From an uncultured Chloroflexia bacterium (GTDB lineage Bacteria; Chloroflexota; Limnocylindria; Limnocylindrales; CSP1-4): a stretch of 64,000 nucleotides of DNA. The notes beneath the pieces were generated by a model. It saw only the letters and a list, made by a program, of their open reading frames with translations. It had not been told where the DNA came from and searched no databases. The stretch covers positions 66,452 to 130,451 of the forward strand of contig CAWJIC010000033.1 in the NCBI GenBank assembly GCA_963842755.1, given 5' to 3'. Shown piece after piece: positions 8,556 through 17,182 of this stretch (position 1 is its first letter; every line of letters begins with the position of its first letter). A program made the translations under genes and the position numbers.

Positions 8556-9969
8556 GTGACCGACCCCCGGACCCCCGAGCCCGATGCCGTCGCGCCCGCC
8601 GTCGCCAACCTCGAGACGATCGTCTCGCTGAGCAAGCGGCGGGGGTTCGTCTTCCCCTCGTCCGAGATCTACGGCGGGATCAACGCCGTGTGGGACTACG
8701 GTCCGCTCGGGGTCGAGCTGAAGAACAACGTGAAGCGGGCCTGGTGGCGGGCCATGGTCCAGGAGCGCGACGACGTCGTCGGGCTCGACGCCGGGATCCT
8801 CATGCACCCGCAGGTGTGGGTCACCTCCGGCCACGTCGGCTCCTTCAGCGACCCGCTGGTGGAGTGCGCGAGCTGCGGCCGGCGGTTCCGCCTGGACGAG
8901 CTGCCCGGCGCGGAGAGCCTGTCCGCGACGGACCTCCTCGACGAGGGCATCGTCGCGCGGCTCGGCCTCAAGTGCCCGGTGGACGGCGGCGCGCTTTCGG
9001 CGCCACGCCGGTTCAACCTCATGTTCCAGACGTACATGGGCCCGGTCCAGGACCAGGCGTCGATCGTCTACCTCCGGCCGGAGACCGCCCAGGGCTCCTA
9101 CGTCAACTTCAAGAACGTCCAGCAGTCGAGCCGGCAAGAAGGTCCCGTTCGGGATCGCCCAGATCGGCAAGAGCTTCCGCAACGAGATCAGTCCCGGCAA
9201 CTTCGTCTTCCGGATGCGCGAGTTCGAGCAGATGGAGATGCAGTACTTCGTGCGCCCCGGCGAGCCGGCCGCGGCCGCCTTCGAGGAGTGGCTGCCCAGG
9301 CGGCTGGCCTGGTACGCGGCCTACGGCGTCGCGCCGGAGCGGCTGCGCCTGCGCGAGCACGCCCCGGACGAGCTGGCCCACTACGCCAAGAAGGCGGTCG
9401 ACGTCGAGTACCGCTTCCCGTTCGGCTGGAAGGAGCTCGAGGGCGTCCACAACCGGGGCGACTTCGACCTGTCGCGCCACGCCGAGGCGTCCGGCGAGAA
9501 CCTCGAGTACTTCGATCCGGCGACGGAGGAGCACTTCATCCCGTGGATCGTCGAGACGGCCGCCGGGGCGGACCGGGCGGCGTTCACGTTCCTCATCGAC
9601 AGCTACCGCGAGGAGGAGGTCAAGGGCGAGAAGCGCGTCTCGCTCGCCCTCCATCCGGAACTCGCGCCGTACAAGGTGGCCGTCCTGCCGCTGCTCAAGA
9701 AGCGGCCGGAGATCGTCGAGCTGTGCCACCGGATCAAGGACGACCTCAAGCGCGACGTGATGGCCGTCTACGACGACACGGCGGCGATCGGCAAGCTCTA
9801 CCGCCGCCAGGACGAGATCGGCACGCCGTGGTGCGTCACCGTCGACGTCGACTCGCTCGAGGACGGCGCGGTCACCATCCGCGATCGCGACTCGATGACC
9901 CAGGAGCGGGTCAGCGTCGACCAGGTCAAGCGGGTCATCCTCGACCGGCTGGCGGCCGTCCGACCGTAA
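8556..9969 (+). pseudogene. glyQS: Glycine--tRNA ligase (class II, homodimeric type), interrupted by a 1-nt indel near 9133-9135 as assembled
   Basis: Frame 0 gives ...[29 protein letters not shown]...FKNVQQSSR. The conserved continuation [39 protein letters not shown]... runs in the +1 frame to the stop at 9969. Confidence 0.85.
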
Positions 9970-10101
9970 GGGCAGCCAGCCCCGGGCGACAAGAACTGGA
10001 CCACCGCATTCGTAGCTGCCCAATATCCGAGTAGGGCCGAGCCTCCGAGGAGAGCAGCGGAGGCGAGCAAGGTTGGCAGTTGGCCGCATGAGGACGACGA
10101 G

Positions 10102-10682
10102 TTACCGGTCGAACATCTCCAGTCCGCACCGTTCCTTGGCTTCTCGGTACTGGGCGTCCGTCCAGGAGCTGTAGTCAACGCCATCGATCGGCATCCAGGG
10201 GCCCGTCGATCTCCAATCGGACGCGAACTTCTCGAATGACGGCGGGTTGACGGGCGAGTTGCCTAGATCCATCAGGCACGCTCGTTCCTGGACCCACCGG
10301 TCATAGATCTCGCGCAACTCTTCATCCGTCTTCTGACGAGCAGGGGGCGCAAGCTTCTGGCACTCATCTAGCTTTGCCGTTCCCTCGGATACCGAATAGT
10401 CGGAGTCCCATGAGTACCACGGCTTAGAACCGGGATACCCTTGGTGGACGTCGGAGATTCGAAAACCGCTGTCCAGCATGCACTGGTCAAAGGCCGACAG
10501 CTCTTCGGTCGGGATCGCGACACCGCCTGCCGCACTCGGCGCGGGTGTTGTGCGGGCCCGGCGTTACAGGCCGCGAGGATGAGCAGTTCGAAGGCAGCGA
10601 CGATTATCGTGATGCCGCGTAACCGCGCACGTCGAGGCACGGATCGGCCTCCTGGGAGGCCTGCCGAGGCGAGTCGCTTCAT
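10102..10682 (-). pseudogene. Cys-rich lipoprotein, paralog 1 of 3 (signal peptide and mature domain in different frames as assembled)
   Basis: MKRLASAG...ITIIVAAFELLILAAC lipobox from ATG 10682. The mature part (APSAAGGVAIPTEELSAFDQCMLDSGF...ERCGLEMFDR) is in another frame. That frame has a TAA at 10564-10566 and the indel lies near 10542-10560. Confidence 0.6.
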
Positions 10683-10883
10683 GTTCCCCTCGTCCTGGGC
10701 AATCCGAGGCGTCCGGCCATGATAGTGGGATGGAAGGCCCATCCGCGACGGAATGACGGTGTCGCCGATGGCGGCGCCACGGTCGAATGCACGCCTGTGG
10801 TTCTGCTGGATCGATTTCCCGCAGGCGTCTTCTTGACGGGACGGTTCGCCGCGGTGCGAGGACATCGACTGGGTCGCGCAAGA

Positions 10884-11417
10884 GTGCGGGTGTCGGCCCG
10901 TACCCTGGCAGCGTTCGGACTGCTCGTCGTCGGAGCGTGCAACCCGTTGTCGGGCCCGACCCTGCAGACGAGCCCTCCGAGCGCATCGAGCGGCGTTTCG
11001 ATTCCGACCGGCGAGCTCCCGGCGTGGGTCCAGTGCGCGGTTGATCAGGGCTTCCGAGTCGCCAGGGTGGACCCGCCTGAGATCGAGGGAGACCCTCCGC
11101 GCTATGTTCTCGAGGCGGACTATCCGGCGGCCCAGGGGATGGCGATCCTTACGGCGTGCCGTGACAAGCATGCGCCGTACCAGGAGAAGTCCACGGCAGA
11201 ACTCCGGGTGATCTACGATCGCTGGGTAGCCGAACGCGAATGTCTCATCGAGCTCGGTTACCAGCCTGACGAACCGCCCTCGTTTGAGAAGTTCGTGTCG
11301 GACTGGCGGATCGGTCCGTGGATGCCGATCGACGGGGTGGATACGAACTTGTGGACCGACGCTGATTACGCCGAAGCGAAGCAGCGCTGCGTCCTCGAGT
11401 TCTTCGATCGAGGCTGA
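10884..11417 (+). CDS. Cys-rich lipoprotein, paralog 2 of 3
   Basis: RVSARTLAAFGLLVVGAC lipobox signal. The C-terminal block DRWVAERECLIELGYQPDEPPSFEKFVSDWR...RCVLEFFDR is shared with paralogs 1 and 3. The start is uncertain (GTG 10884 or 10854). Confidence 0.6.
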   Translation: MRVSARTLAAFGLLVVGACNPLSGPTLQTSPPSASSGVSIPTGELPAWVQCAVDQGFRVARVDPPEIEGDPPRYVLEADYPAAQGMAILTACRDKHAPYQEKSTAELRVIYDRWVAERECLIELGYQPDEPPSFEKFVSDWRIGPWMPIDGVDTNLWTDADYAEAKQRCVLEFFDRG

Positions 11418-11426
11418 GAGGACCGA

Positions 11427-11993
11427 GTGCTGCGTCGAGTTGCGACGATCGTGGTACGGGTCGCGGCCCCTACCCTTGTCGCGTTCGGACTCCTCGTCGT
11501 CGGAGCATGTACCCCCGTGTCCAGCGGGGTCGCGGAGACCGGCTCTCCGAGCCGGTCAAGCGGCATCTCGATCCCGACCGGCCAACTGCCACGGGATATC
11601 CAGTGTGCGGTGGACCACGGCTTTCGACTCGTCGAGGTGAAGCCGCCCCAGTTCGAAGGGGACGCTCCGGGCTACGTGCTGCAGTCCGACCTTCCGGCGG
11701 CGGAGGCGTTCGCGATCTCCCTGGAGTGCGACAAGCTCGCTCCGCCGGGACGCGAGAAGACCGACGAAGAGCTCCGGGTGATCTACGATCGGTGGGTCGG
11801 CGAGCGCGGCTGCCTGATCGAGTTGGGCTATCAGCCGGACAAGCCGCCATCGTTCGAGACGTTCGTGTCCGACTGGCGGAGTCCCCACGGTCCCTGGGAC
11901 CCGCTGTTCGGGGTGGATACGGGCTCATGGACTGACGCCGAGTATGCAGAGGCGAAGCGTCGCTGCACCCTCGAGTTCTTCGACCGAGACTGA
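11427..11993 (+). CDS. Cys-rich lipoprotein, paralog 3 of 3
   Basis: GTG start, then MLRRVATIVVRVAAPTLVAFGLLVVGAC lipobox. It has the same four conserved Cys and the LEFFDR C-terminus. Confidence 0.65.
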   Translation: MLRRVATIVVRVAAPTLVAFGLLVVGACTPVSSGVAETGSPSRSSGISIPTGQLPRDIQCAVDHGFRLVEVKPPQFEGDAPGYVLQSDLPAAEAFAISLECDKLAPPGREKTDEELRVIYDRWVGERGCLIELGYQPDKPPSFETFVSDWRSPHGPWDPLFGVDTGSWTDAEYAEAKRRCTLEFFDRD

Positions 11994-12003
11994 AGGGGGC
12001 CGA

Positions 12004-13044
12004 GTGCTGCGTCGAGTTGCGACGATCGTGGTGGGGGGTGCGATCCTCGTGGGTGTCGTCGGAGCGGCGTACTGGGCGGGAACCAACGCCGTGGTGCCGC
12101 CCGCGCTTCCGGTCGAGGATCACGCCCTGCAGACCTACACGGTCGAGGCCGGCACCGTGGCGCGGTCGATCCGCGTGCCGGTGACCGCTTCGTGGTCCAC
12201 GACTCGGACCTTGTTTGCCGGCACAGACGGGGTCGTGACCTCGGTGGCTCACGGGGCGGGAGCGTACGCCGAGCCGGGTGACGTCATCGCCACCGTCGAT
12301 CTCGAGCCCCTCGTCGTCGCCACGGGAGCCGTCCCCATGTTCCGGACGTTGAGGCAGGGCGTCGAGGGCCCGGACGTCGCCCAGTTTCAGAGACTCCTGC
12401 GAACGCTGGGCTTCTACCGTGGGTCGGCAAATGGCCGCTTCGGTGCGGCCACCGTGACAGCGACCAAGCGCTGGCAGCGCTCGGTGGGCGCCGAGGATGA
12501 CGGGATCGTGGCGACCGGGTCGCTGCTGTTCGTCGACAGCCTTCCCGCTCGCCTGGAGGTCCTGGCGGTCGTCGGCCAGCGGATCGGCGCCGGCAGCGAC
12601 CTCGTTCGTGTCCTCGACGACAGTCCCGATTTCGTGGCAACCGTCGGCGGTTCGCAGCGAGCCGAGCTGACCTCCGGCACGCCGGTCGCGATCGGGGCGC
12701 CGGGAGGGGGGACATGGCCGGGCGTACTCGGTTCGTTCGATCCGCTTGACGACGGCCGCTACTCGGTCGAGATCACGGGTGGCCTGTGCGGCGGGGGCTG
12801 CGATCTCGTGCCGGTCGGCGACGAAACCGCGCTCACCGGAACGATCGAGCTGGTGCCCCAGACGACAGGCGTCGTCGTCCCGACGTCCGCGCTCGTTCAG
12901 CAACCATCCGGCGATCTGGCCGTGACCCTCACCGATGGCACCGTCCGGCGGGTCCGGGTCGTTGCCGAGGCGGACGGCTTTGCCGTCGTCGAAGGCCTCG
13001 AACCGGGGACGATCATCCAGCTCCCCTCGGCGCCTGGTCCATGA
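12004..13044 (+). CDS. Membrane-fusion (HlyD/MacA-like) protein with inserted peptidoglycan-binding domain
   Basis: N-terminal TM segment. PG_binding_1-like segment GPDVAQFQRLLRTLGFYRGSANGRFGAATVTATKRWQRSVGAEDDGIV. Beta-barrel-like C-terminus, coupled to the downstream ABC genes. Confidence 0.7.
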   Translation: MLRRVATIVVGGAILVGVVGAAYWAGTNAVVPPALPVEDHALQTYTVEAGTVARSIRVPVTASWSTTRTLFAGTDGVVTSVAHGAGAYAEPGDVIATVDLEPLVVATGAVPMFRTLRQGVEGPDVAQFQRLLRTLGFYRGSANGRFGAATVTATKRWQRSVGAEDDGIVATGSLLFVDSLPARLEVLAVVGQRIGAGSDLVRVLDDSPDFVATVGGSQRAELTSGTPVAIGAPGGGTWPGVLGSFDPLDDGRYSVEITGGLCGGGCDLVPVGDETALTGTIELVPQTTGVVVPTSALVQQPSGDLAVTLTDGTVRRVRVVAEADGFAVVEGLEPGTIIQLPSAPGP

Positions 13045-13673
13045 TCGAAGCCGTCGGGATCACCTTCGGCTACCGGCCCGGTCAGCCGGTGCTCGACGGC
13101 TGGAGTGCGTCGATCGGCCGGGGTGAGGTGGTCTCGATCGTCGGCCCGTCCGGGAGCGGCAAGTCGACGCTGCTCTACGTCCTCGGGACGTTGGTCCGGC
13201 CGTGGTCGGGCACGCTCCGGATCGGAGACGTCAACGTCGAGGCGCTCGGTGATGCGCGGCGCTCGGACGTGCGGGCGGCGGCGCTCGGGTTCGTCTTCCA
13301 GGACGCCCTGCTCGACCCGCGCCGGTCGGTGCTCGACAACATCGTCGAGGGAGCCATCTATCGCGGCGCAGATCGTCGGGCAGCCCTGGAGCGGGCGCGA
13401 TCCCTCCTCGATCAGCTCGGCGTCGACGTCGAGCCCAGTCGGCGAGCCACCGATCTGTCAGGCGGGCAAGCCCAGCGGGTTGCGCTCTGCCGAGCCCTGT
13501 TGAACGAACCCCCGATCATCCTCGCCGACGAACCCACCGGCAACCTCGACCGGGTCAACGCCGGCGCCGTCGAGGACGTCTTGTTCGAGCAGGCCCGGGC
13601 CGGGGCGGCGGTCGTCATCGTCACCCACGATGAGGGCCTGGCAGGCAGATGCGGCCGCAGCTACCAGCTGTGA
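13041..13673 (+). CDS. ABC transporter ATP-binding protein (MacB/LolD-type)
   Basis: Walker A GPSGSGKST, signature LSGGQAQRV, Walker B ILADEPTGNLD. The ATG overlaps the MFP stop. Confidence 0.9.
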   Translation: MIEAVGITFGYRPGQPVLDGWSASIGRGEVVSIVGPSGSGKSTLLYVLGTLVRPWSGTLRIGDVNVEALGDARRSDVRAAALGFVFQDALLDPRRSVLDNIVEGAIYRGADRRAALERARSLLDQLGVDVEPSRRATDLSGGQAQRVALCRALLNEPPIILADEPTGNLDRVNAGAVEDVLFEQARAGAAVVIVTHDEGLAGRCGRSYQL

Positions 13674-14749
13674 GGCGCTCGTGGTGGGCGCTCGTGGCCG
13701 AGTCGGCGCGAGTCGCAGCCGCGACCCGCGTGGTATCCGGGCTGGTCGCGCTGCTCGCCACCGTCGTGCCCGTGGCGGTCCTTGGCGCGACCGGACTGAA
13801 CATCGAGGCGCAGGGTGCCATTCTCCGGCGCGTCGACGAGGTCGGTGCCCGCACCGCGACGATCGTTTCATCGCAGTCGGAGGCGGCCATCCCGGCGGCC
13901 GCCGTCGACCGGATCGCTCGACTCGACGGCGTCGCGTGGGTGGTGGGCCTGGGCCCGGTCTTCGATGTCCGCAACCGGCAGCCCGGCGGTGGACTCACGC
14001 CCGTCCGGTCATACCGGGCGGTCAGGGCTCCGGTGACGTTCAGCAGCCTCAGCGGTGAGCCGGGAGGGTTTCTGTCGAGCGCGAGTGGCCGGCGGGTCGG
14101 CCTCGGCGGTGCGTACTCGATTCTCGATCCGGGCGCGATACCGGTGGTCGGCTGGTTCCGGGCCGAGGAGCCGCTCGGCAGCCTGGAAGCCTTCATCCTC
14201 ATCCCCAGTGACCACGCGGAGCTGCGGCTTGAGAGGATCATCGTTGCGGTGGAGGACGTCGGCTGGGTCGACCTCGTGGTGGCGAACCTCGAGGCCATGG
14301 TCGGAACCGACGCGGCCCGGGCGATCTCGGTCGAGCGCAGCCCCGCCCTGCTCGAGGCGCGGGAGGCGGTGCGCGACGAGGTCACCAGGCGAGACCGGAC
14401 GCTCGTCCTCGCCGTGCTCGGCGTCGCCATGTCGCTCGCCTGCGTCGTCGTGTTCGCCGGGACCGTCGCCGGGCGCCGGGATTTCGGCAGGCGGCGAGCC
14501 CTGGGTGCGACACGGGGGCAGCTCACGCTGCTGGTCATGCTGGGGACGCTCTGGCCGGCTCTCCTCGGCGCAGCGATCGGCACAGCGACGGGCTGGGCCT
14601 ACATCGGATCGAGCCTGGGCCATCTCGCGGATTGGCGATTTCCCCTCTCGATCGGGATCCTGTCGGTCATCACGCTCGTCGTTGCGTCTGCGCTGCCCGC
14701 CTCCTTCGCCGCGACCCGCGATCCTCTCCGCGTGCTCCGCGTGCCGTAG
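13670..14749 (+). CDS. FtsX-like ABC permease (MacB-type, 4 TM)
   Basis: N-terminal TM, a large extracytoplasmic domain, and a C-terminal FtsX-type 3-TM bundle. The GTG overlaps the ATPase stop (alternative ATG at 13649). Confidence 0.75.
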   Translation: MRRSWWALVAESARVAAATRVVSGLVALLATVVPVAVLGATGLNIEAQGAILRRVDEVGARTATIVSSQSEAAIPAAAVDRIARLDGVAWVVGLGPVFDVRNRQPGGGLTPVRSYRAVRAPVTFSSLSGEPGGFLSSASGRRVGLGGAYSILDPGAIPVVGWFRAEEPLGSLEAFILIPSDHAELRLERIIVAVEDVGWVDLVVANLEAMVGTDAARAISVERSPALLEAREAVRDEVTRRDRTLVLAVLGVAMSLACVVVFAGTVAGRRDFGRRRALGATRGQLTLLVMLGTLWPALLGAAIGTATGWAYIGSSLGHLADWRFPLSIGILSVITLVVASALPASFAATRDPLRVLRVP

Positions 14750-14794
14750 TCCCTGTCTCAGCAGCGCCCGGCCACAGGCAGCTTCGCCCGGGCG

Positions 14795-15286
14795 TCAGCC
14801 GCCGGCGAAGGCGCGGACGCCGGCGTCGACCGCCCGCTGGTCCTGCTCCGAGTCACCACCGGAGACGCCGACGGCGCCCACCAGGACCCCGTCGCGCTCG
14901 AGCGGCATGCCGCCGGCGAAGATGATCGTCCGGCCCGCGCTCACGGTGTGGTAGCCGAAGAACTCGGTGCCCGGCTGGGTGATCGGCGCGAGGTCCCGGG
15001 TCGGCATCCGGTTCGCCAGCGCGGTGAACGCCTTGTCGCGGGCCAGCGTGATCCCGATCAGGTCGGCCGCGTCCATCCGCTCGAAGGCCACGAGCTGGTC
15101 GCCCGAGTCGACCACGGCGCAGCCCATCGCCACGCCCAGCGCCCGGGCCTCGGCCTGCACCGCCGCGATGACCGCCCGGGCGGCGGCCAAGGTCAGGCCG
15201 GCGGCCTGCGACGCCGTCGGGCCTCGCCAGCTGTCGACATTGTCGAGGCCAGGGGTCGACCCGCTGGTCCGCGTTGAGTCAGCCAC
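14795..15286 (-). CDS. GlcG/HbpS-like heme-binding protein (DUF336)
   Basis: GVAMGCAVVDSGDQLVAFERMD and GGMPLERDGVLVGAVGVSGG motifs. Confidence 0.7.
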   Translation of the reverse strand: MADSTRTSGSTPGLDNVDSWRGPTASQAAGLTLAAARAVIAAVQAEARALGVAMGCAVVDSGDQLVAFERMDAADLIGITLARDKAFTALANRMPTRDLAPITQPGTEFFGYHTVSAGRTIIFAGGMPLERDGVLVGAVGVSGGDSEQDQRAVDAGVRAFAGG

Positions 15287-16274
15287 GGGACCCTCCGATC
15301 GGTGCCGCGATGCCCAGGCCGGGCTCGTCGGCCACTGCGTCCGGGATCACCGCCGACTGGCGCGCCTGGCGGCGGTAGGTGATGTAGACCACGCTCAGCA
15401 CGGTCAGCGTGATGAGCAGGATCAGCGAGGCGATCGCGTTGATCTGCGGCGTGATCCCGCGCCGGATCGACCCGAAGACGAACAGCGGCAGGGTGGGCTG
15501 GCCGGGACCCTGCACGAACGAGGCGATGATGTAGTCGTCGAAGCTGAACGTGAACGACAGCAGGGCGCCGGCGAGGATCGCCGGCCGGAGCTGCGGGATC
15601 GTGATCTGGCGGAGCGTCCGCCAGGGCGTCGCAAAGAGGTCCGCCGACGCCTCCACCAGCGAGCGATCCATGCCGGACAGGCGCGCCCGGATGAGGACGA
15701 AGACGATCGCCATGGTGAACACGACGTGGGCACCGATGATCGTGTGCAGGCCCGACTGGATGATCGGCGGCGCCCCCAGCCCGAGGCTCTTCCAGACGTA
15801 CCCCAGCCACGGGTTGAGCCAGCCGAAGGAGTTCACGTAGAAGATGAGGGTGGCGATCCCGATCACGATCCCCGGGATGATGATCGCGACGTAGGTCAGC
15901 GCCTCGAGCGCGACCCGCACCGGCCGCGCCGCCCGGTTGAGGGCAAGGCCGGCCATCGTCCCCAGGGTCGTGGCGATGATTGACGTCCAGATCCCGACGA
16001 TGAGGCTGTTCCTGAGCGCGCTCAGGGCGAAGTCGTCCGACAGCGCCTTCTCGTACCAGCGCAGGGACAGGCCGCGCAGCTCCCCGGTCCGCTCGCCGGC
16101 GTTGAAGCTGAACAGGACGACCAGCCCGATCGGGACGTACAGGAACAGGTAGAGCACGATCGCCTGGCTCCGGAAGACCCGGTCCACCCACCGCCCCGCG
16201 CGGTCGATCGCAGGACGCCCGGCGGCGCCGGGCCGCGGCCGAGCCGGGCCGCCCTGGATCGGCAGGCTAGACAA
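15279..16274 (-). CDS. ABC transporter permease (PotC-like, polyamine-type)
   Basis: BPD_transp_1 EAA-like loop (EASADLFATPWRTLRQITIPQLRP) and 6 TM segments. Confidence 0.8.
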   Translation of the reverse strand: MSSLPIQGGPARPRPGAAGRPAIDRAGRWVDRVFRSQAIVLYLFLYVPIGLVVLFSFNAGERTGELRGLSLRWYEKALSDDFALSALRNSLIVGIWTSIIATTLGTMAGLALNRAARPVRVALEALTYVAIIIPGIVIGIATLIFYVNSFGWLNPWLGYVWKSLGLGAPPIIQSGLHTIIGAHVVFTMAIVFVLIRARLSGMDRSLVEASADLFATPWRTLRQITIPQLRPAILAGALLSFTFSFDDYIIASFVQGPGQPTLPLFVFGSIRRGITPQINAIASLILLITLTVLSVVYITYRRQARQSAVIPDAVADEPGLGIAAPIGGSRG

Positions 16275-17151
16275 GCGGGATGTCCCGCTGGACCTGCCCG
16301 CGGGTCCCGATCCGCAGGTAGAGCGCCACGGCCACCAGGACGACGAGGATCAGGCCGATCGCCATCGCCGACCCGAACGGCCAGTTCCGGGACTGCAGGA
16401 AGGCATCGACCAGGGCGTTGCCGACGAAGTAGACCTTGCCGCCGCCGAGCAGCGCCGGGATGAGGTACTCGCCCATGACCGGGATGAACACGAGGATGAT
16501 CCCGGACAGGACGCCCGGCAACGTCAGCGGCAGGGTGACCTGGGCGAACGTTCGCCAGCGCGCCGCGCCGAGGTCCTTGGAGGCCTCCAGCAGCCGCTTG
16601 TCGAGGCGTTCGAGGCTGACGTACAGCGGGAAGACCATCAGCGGCAGGTAGTTGTAGACGATCCCGATCATCACCGCCAGCGGCGTGTTGAGGAGGACCG
16701 TCTTGCCCAGCCCGAGCCCCTCGAGGATCGCCGGGATGCCCGTGTTGCCGAGGATCGTCAGCCAGGCGTAGGTCCGGATGAGGAAGCTCGTCCAGAAGGG
16801 CACGATGACGAGCACGAGCAGGAGGGTCTTCTTCGCGCCGGCCCGGGTCGCCAGGTAGTACGCCAGCGGGTAGCCGACGAGCAGGCACAGCACCGTCCCG
16901 CCCGCCGCCATCCAGAGGGTGTTGGTGAAGGCAGTCGCGCGCGTGGGCAGGTGCAGGTAGTTCTCGAGCGTGAGGCCGGGTGCGTAGCCGCCCTCGGGGG
17001 CCCGCTGCCCGACGCTGAAGACGAGCAGGATCCCGAGCGGCACGATGAGGAGCAGGAAGTACCACGCGCTGGTGGGCAGCAGGAACAGGACGGTTGCGGC
17101 TCGCTGCCGCCACCGTCCTGCGGTCTGCTTCCGGACGCCCTGCGACGTCAC
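16267..17151 (-). CDS. ABC transporter permease (PotB-like)
   Basis: LEASKDLGAARWRTFAQVTLPLTLPG EAA loop. Overlaps the downstream permease start. Confidence 0.8.
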   Translation of the reverse strand: MTSQGVRKQTAGRWRQRAATVLFLLPTSAWYFLLLIVPLGILLVFSVGQRAPEGGYAPGLTLENYLHLPTRATAFTNTLWMAAGGTVLCLLVGYPLAYYLATRAGAKKTLLLVLVIVPFWTSFLIRTYAWLTILGNTGIPAILEGLGLGKTVLLNTPLAVMIGIVYNYLPLMVFPLYVSLERLDKRLLEASKDLGAARWRTFAQVTLPLTLPGVLSGIILVFIPVMGEYLIPALLGGGKVYFVGNALVDAFLQSRNWPFGSAMAIGLILVVLVAVALYLRIGTRGQVQRDIPLV

Positions 17152-17182
17152 CGTCGTTGGCCGGCCGCCGGATGGGCGTCGA

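Noticed and set aside
9131-9140. Programmed ribosomal frameshift as the explanation for the glyQS break, and likewise for the IS630 breaks.
   Set aside because: There is no slippery heptamer (X XXY YYZ or A-rich) and no obvious downstream stimulatory structure. The same kind of G/C-run indel occurs in many unrelated genes, which favours sequence error.
9136-10034. Reading glyQS as the single uninterrupted 492-aa ORF 8556-10034.
   Set aside because: After about 9135 that frame gives Arg/Pro-rich nonsense. All conserved GlyRS motifs continue in the +1 frame, which ends at 9969.
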